Positions 61,307 through 64,000 of a DNA stretch of 64,000 nt are shown here, in pieces (the stretch's first letter is position 1; each line of letters opens with the position of its first letter). The DNA lies in contig LSRY02000019.1 in the NCBI GenBank assembly GCA_001643675.2, positions 1,426,001 through 1,490,000 on the forward strand. The letters run 5' to 3'. The notes below the pieces were generated by a model. That model was given only the letters and a program-made list of their open reading frames with translations. It had not been told where the DNA came from and made no database searches. This DNA comes from Monocercomonoides exilis PA203. Its lineage: Eukaryota; Protista; Preaxostyla. Both the position numbers and the translations under genes were made by a program.

Positions 61307-61715
61307 TATTTATGTTAATTCCATTGGTATTCAAATATGATGAATAATAGAATGAAAAAAAGGAGGAAAGAAGAAAAAGAAAAGAACTCAAATTCACGAA
61401 TAATGCAAAAAAGGTCACACACGATTGATAATTTTTGAAATACATCTTTTTGATTCATGAAAGTATTGTTATTGATGTTCAATAAAAACTATCTTGAATA
61501 CAAACGGAATAATAGTTTAAAGAGAATTTTCCTAAAAATACAATGAAAGAAATAATAATTATTGGGAAGTTCACAAACAAGGTTCAAATGTTTAACATGG
61601 TTCAATTTTTGTAGAAAAAAATGAAATATTAATAAAAAAGATTAAACAACGAAATTTTCAGACAAAACAGAGTTACAAAAAATAAAATATTTGTAGAAAT
61701 AACCAAATATGGAAA

Positions 61716-61942
61716 TTTTTTTCGAAAACTTCCTTTTGTTCAATTTTCAAATGAAACAAAAACTTCATATTTTCATCAATTTTCTATTCACACTCTCGTA
61801 AATTCACTATAGTGTGTGTATAACACAAGCAATGTTATTGATTTCCCTATGGTGAAGTAACGAGAATGTTACAGAAAATTGATGAAAATATGAAATTTTT
61901 GTTTCATTTGAAAAATGAACAAAAAGAAGTTTTTGAAAAAAA
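61716..61942. repeat. Long inverted repeat (foldback), ~95-bp arms with a ~35-bp spacer
   Basis: Left arm AAAACTTCCTTTTGTTCAATTTTCAAATGAAACAAAAACTTCATATTTTCATCAATTTTCT...CACTATAG is nearly the reverse complement of 61847-61942. Confidence 0.9.
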
Positions 61943-62255
61943 AAAGTTGTTATTTATTTATCAATTTATGAAATTTCAAAAAAAAAAAAAAAAAGAAAAA
62001 AGAAAAAAGAAAAGAAAAGAAAAAGAAAAAAAATAAAAAATAGAATAGAAAAATACCCTTTTTTTCGCAAAATATTTTTTCATTGATTAGAAATAATCAG
62101 AAAACAAAAAGACACACACACATGTTAATTTTGATTTTCATCGAAATAACTATTTTTCTTTTCTTTTCTTTTTTTTTTGCCTTTTTTTGTACCATAAATT
62201 TTAAAAACGAGGTTTAAAGTTTCATTTTTTTTCTTTCAAATTCGACTTAAAGCAG

Positions 62256-62419
62256 AATTCTTGCATTTATGAAAAAATCGACGTTTTGTTCCAAATAAAT
62301 TCTTTCGTCATATCATTATAAGTCTTCCATTCTCATTTTAAAAAAATAAAGAAAAATTAAATAATATCGAATAACATCACAAAATATTGTGTGGAACAAA
62401 ATCCATAAAGCAAGAAATT
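62256..62419 (+). mobile_element. MITE-like dispersed repeat, copy 2, with imperfect TIRs
   Basis: Homologous to 32380-32549 in inverted orientation. Ends are AATTCTTGCATTTATG...TTTTGTTCCA and TGGAACAAAATCCATAAAGCAAGAAATT. Confidence 0.7.
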
Positions 62420-62830
62420 ACATCCCGTTCGAATTCTATCGCAATAACTAATCACAGTCAAGAAGAAACAGTCTTTAAGTGATAAATTAATTTTTCATTC
62501 ACTTTCAATTTATCATCTCCTCAAATGTGTTCACTTGAAATTGAAAACAAAAAAAGATTTCTTTCCCATTCGTGTTTTGCTGGGAATAATTCAATCCATT
62601 TCTCAAAAAATTGCTCAATTTCGAAACAATTGAAAATTCCACAACTGCTCAATTTTTCAAGTGTTTTTATTAATATACAAAAAACAATAAAAATTATATT
62701 TAATGATGAAAAACAATGAAATATTCTTTTCAACGACTTGATTGAAAGATTATTATAATTAATGGGTGTTCTTCCCATATTAAATACTTCTTGTTGTTGA
62801 AACAGACAATAATTTTTTTGTCTTGAAAAT

Positions 62831-63946
62831 ATGCTCAAAGATCAAATTCGCACTTCATTTGAAAGTCAAGTTAGAAGAGAAGAGTTGATTGGTAGAGGAT
62901 TGAACATTTTAGAGGATAAAGAAGGAAAAGAAAGAAGAGATGTCAGTTCAGTATTTTCTGGAAGAGGAATTGGGAAAGTTGGATTAATTTTAGGAAAAGA
63001 ATTAGGCGGACAAGAATTTAATGCATTACGCATCATGGGAAAAAATCTTGCCATTCAAAAAGAGCTGAGAAATTCTGGAGAAATATATGATCATCCGGAA
63101 ATAAAGTTTGACAAGATACCGATGCGAGACGAGATAATGAGGTTAATTGCACACTTTATTGGACGCTCAGTCGCATACACACGAAAATATCCTTTTGAAG
63201 ATTGGAAATTAAGTCACGATGAAATAGTGAATAGACCATTGCTAACTTCGGATTCTTTAACTGGATTTCATGCTCTTGGATACGGAAGCATATGCTATGA
63301 GAAAGACATATTTGAAAGCGGAGAATTGGCAGCTTGCGGTCAAGTACAACCATTGTTTTCTCGCTGGTCTCCTCAAACAACCGAAGACGCAGATTTTGCC
63401 AATTCAACTGGACAGTCTATTTATTCACTTTTTAAAGTCATGTCATCAAAAATGGGTATGACTGAAACAGAGCTAATGATGATGGTCATTTTATGTGAAC
63501 GCGTTCTTACAAGTGGGATTAGCGACATTCCGTTTGTTCTCAACGAAACAAATACTATGATGACAGTAGTTACATGCTTTATGATAGTAAACAAAAGCAT
63601 CTCCACAGATGTGCCATTTTCAAATGCATATTGGTGTCATAGATTTGGAATCGGATTGGAAAATCTAAGCATATCAGAACGATTCGTTTTAGAAAAACTG
63701 AATTTTCAAACACAAATCAGCCCAGCTGAGTGGGAAGCTGCTGTTGTATTGAAAGAAAGAATCATGAAAAGATGGACTGTCACGCCCCCGTCGATTCCGG
63801 TGTCAATACCATTACAACTTCAGCAGGGAGCAGCAACAACAGATTCTGCAAGTTCTGGAAATGCTTCTGCATCTGAATCTTCAAAGGCGACTGTACAAAA
63901 CGTGGATCCAAGCATGCCACCTGCTAATTCGGAAGCAAAGTCATAG
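62831..63946 (+). CDS. Cyclin-box protein (Pho80/P-U-type or cyclin Y-like)
   Basis: 371-aa intronless ORF with cyclin N-box pattern IYSLFKVM...ELMMMVILCERVL...LNETN...VVTCFMIVNKSISTDVPFSNAYWC...LENLSISERFVLEKLNFQTQIS. Confidence 0.8.
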   Translation: MLKDQIRTSFESQVRREELIGRGLNILEDKEGKERRDVSSVFSGRGIGKVGLILGKELGGQEFNALRIMGKNLAIQKELRNSGEIYDHPEIKFDKIPMRDEIMRLIAHFIGRSVAYTRKYPFEDWKLSHDEIVNRPLLTSDSLTGFHALGYGSICYEKDIFESGELAACGQVQPLFSRWSPQTTEDADFANSTGQSIYSLFKVMSSKMGMTETELMMMVILCERVLTSGISDIPFVLNETNTMMTVVTCFMIVNKSISTDVPFSNAYWCHRFGIGLENLSISERFVLEKLNFQTQISPAEWEAAVVLKERIMKRWTVTPPSIPVSIPLQLQQGAATTDSASSGNASASESSKATVQNVDPSMPPANSEAKS

Positions 63947-64000
63947 TGATTTGAATTATTCAACTGATCATTTATATCTCACCCAAACGGTATAGAAACA

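Overview
AT-rich, intron-rich eukaryotic genomic DNA in the standard genetic code. The gene families, poly-Ser low-complexity proteins and GTTTG splice donors suggest the amitochondriate oxymonad Monocercomonoides (inference, not verified). Manual splicing recovers these genes: a 5'-truncated Nug1/GNL3-like GTPase; a YhhN/TMEM86-like membrane protein with altered catalytic residues; a ~6083-aa TPR protein inflated by low-complexity inserts; SSRP1/Pob3 (12 exons, one GC-AG intron); a CID-domain (SCAF4/8-Nrd1-like) protein; a Ser-rich hypothetical protein; a 2609-aa beta-helix receptor pseudokinase; a 30-aa tandem-repeat protein; a multi-RRM protein; a 7-exon bacterial-type iron-sulfur flavoprotein absent from the ORF track; and a cyclin. 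The accessory parts hold a dead DD35D pogo/Fot1-like transposase interrupted by a MITE, a cluster of ~160-270 bp inverted-repeat elements (several TA-flanked with TGGG...CCCA ends), and a pseudogene of a helical multigene family.
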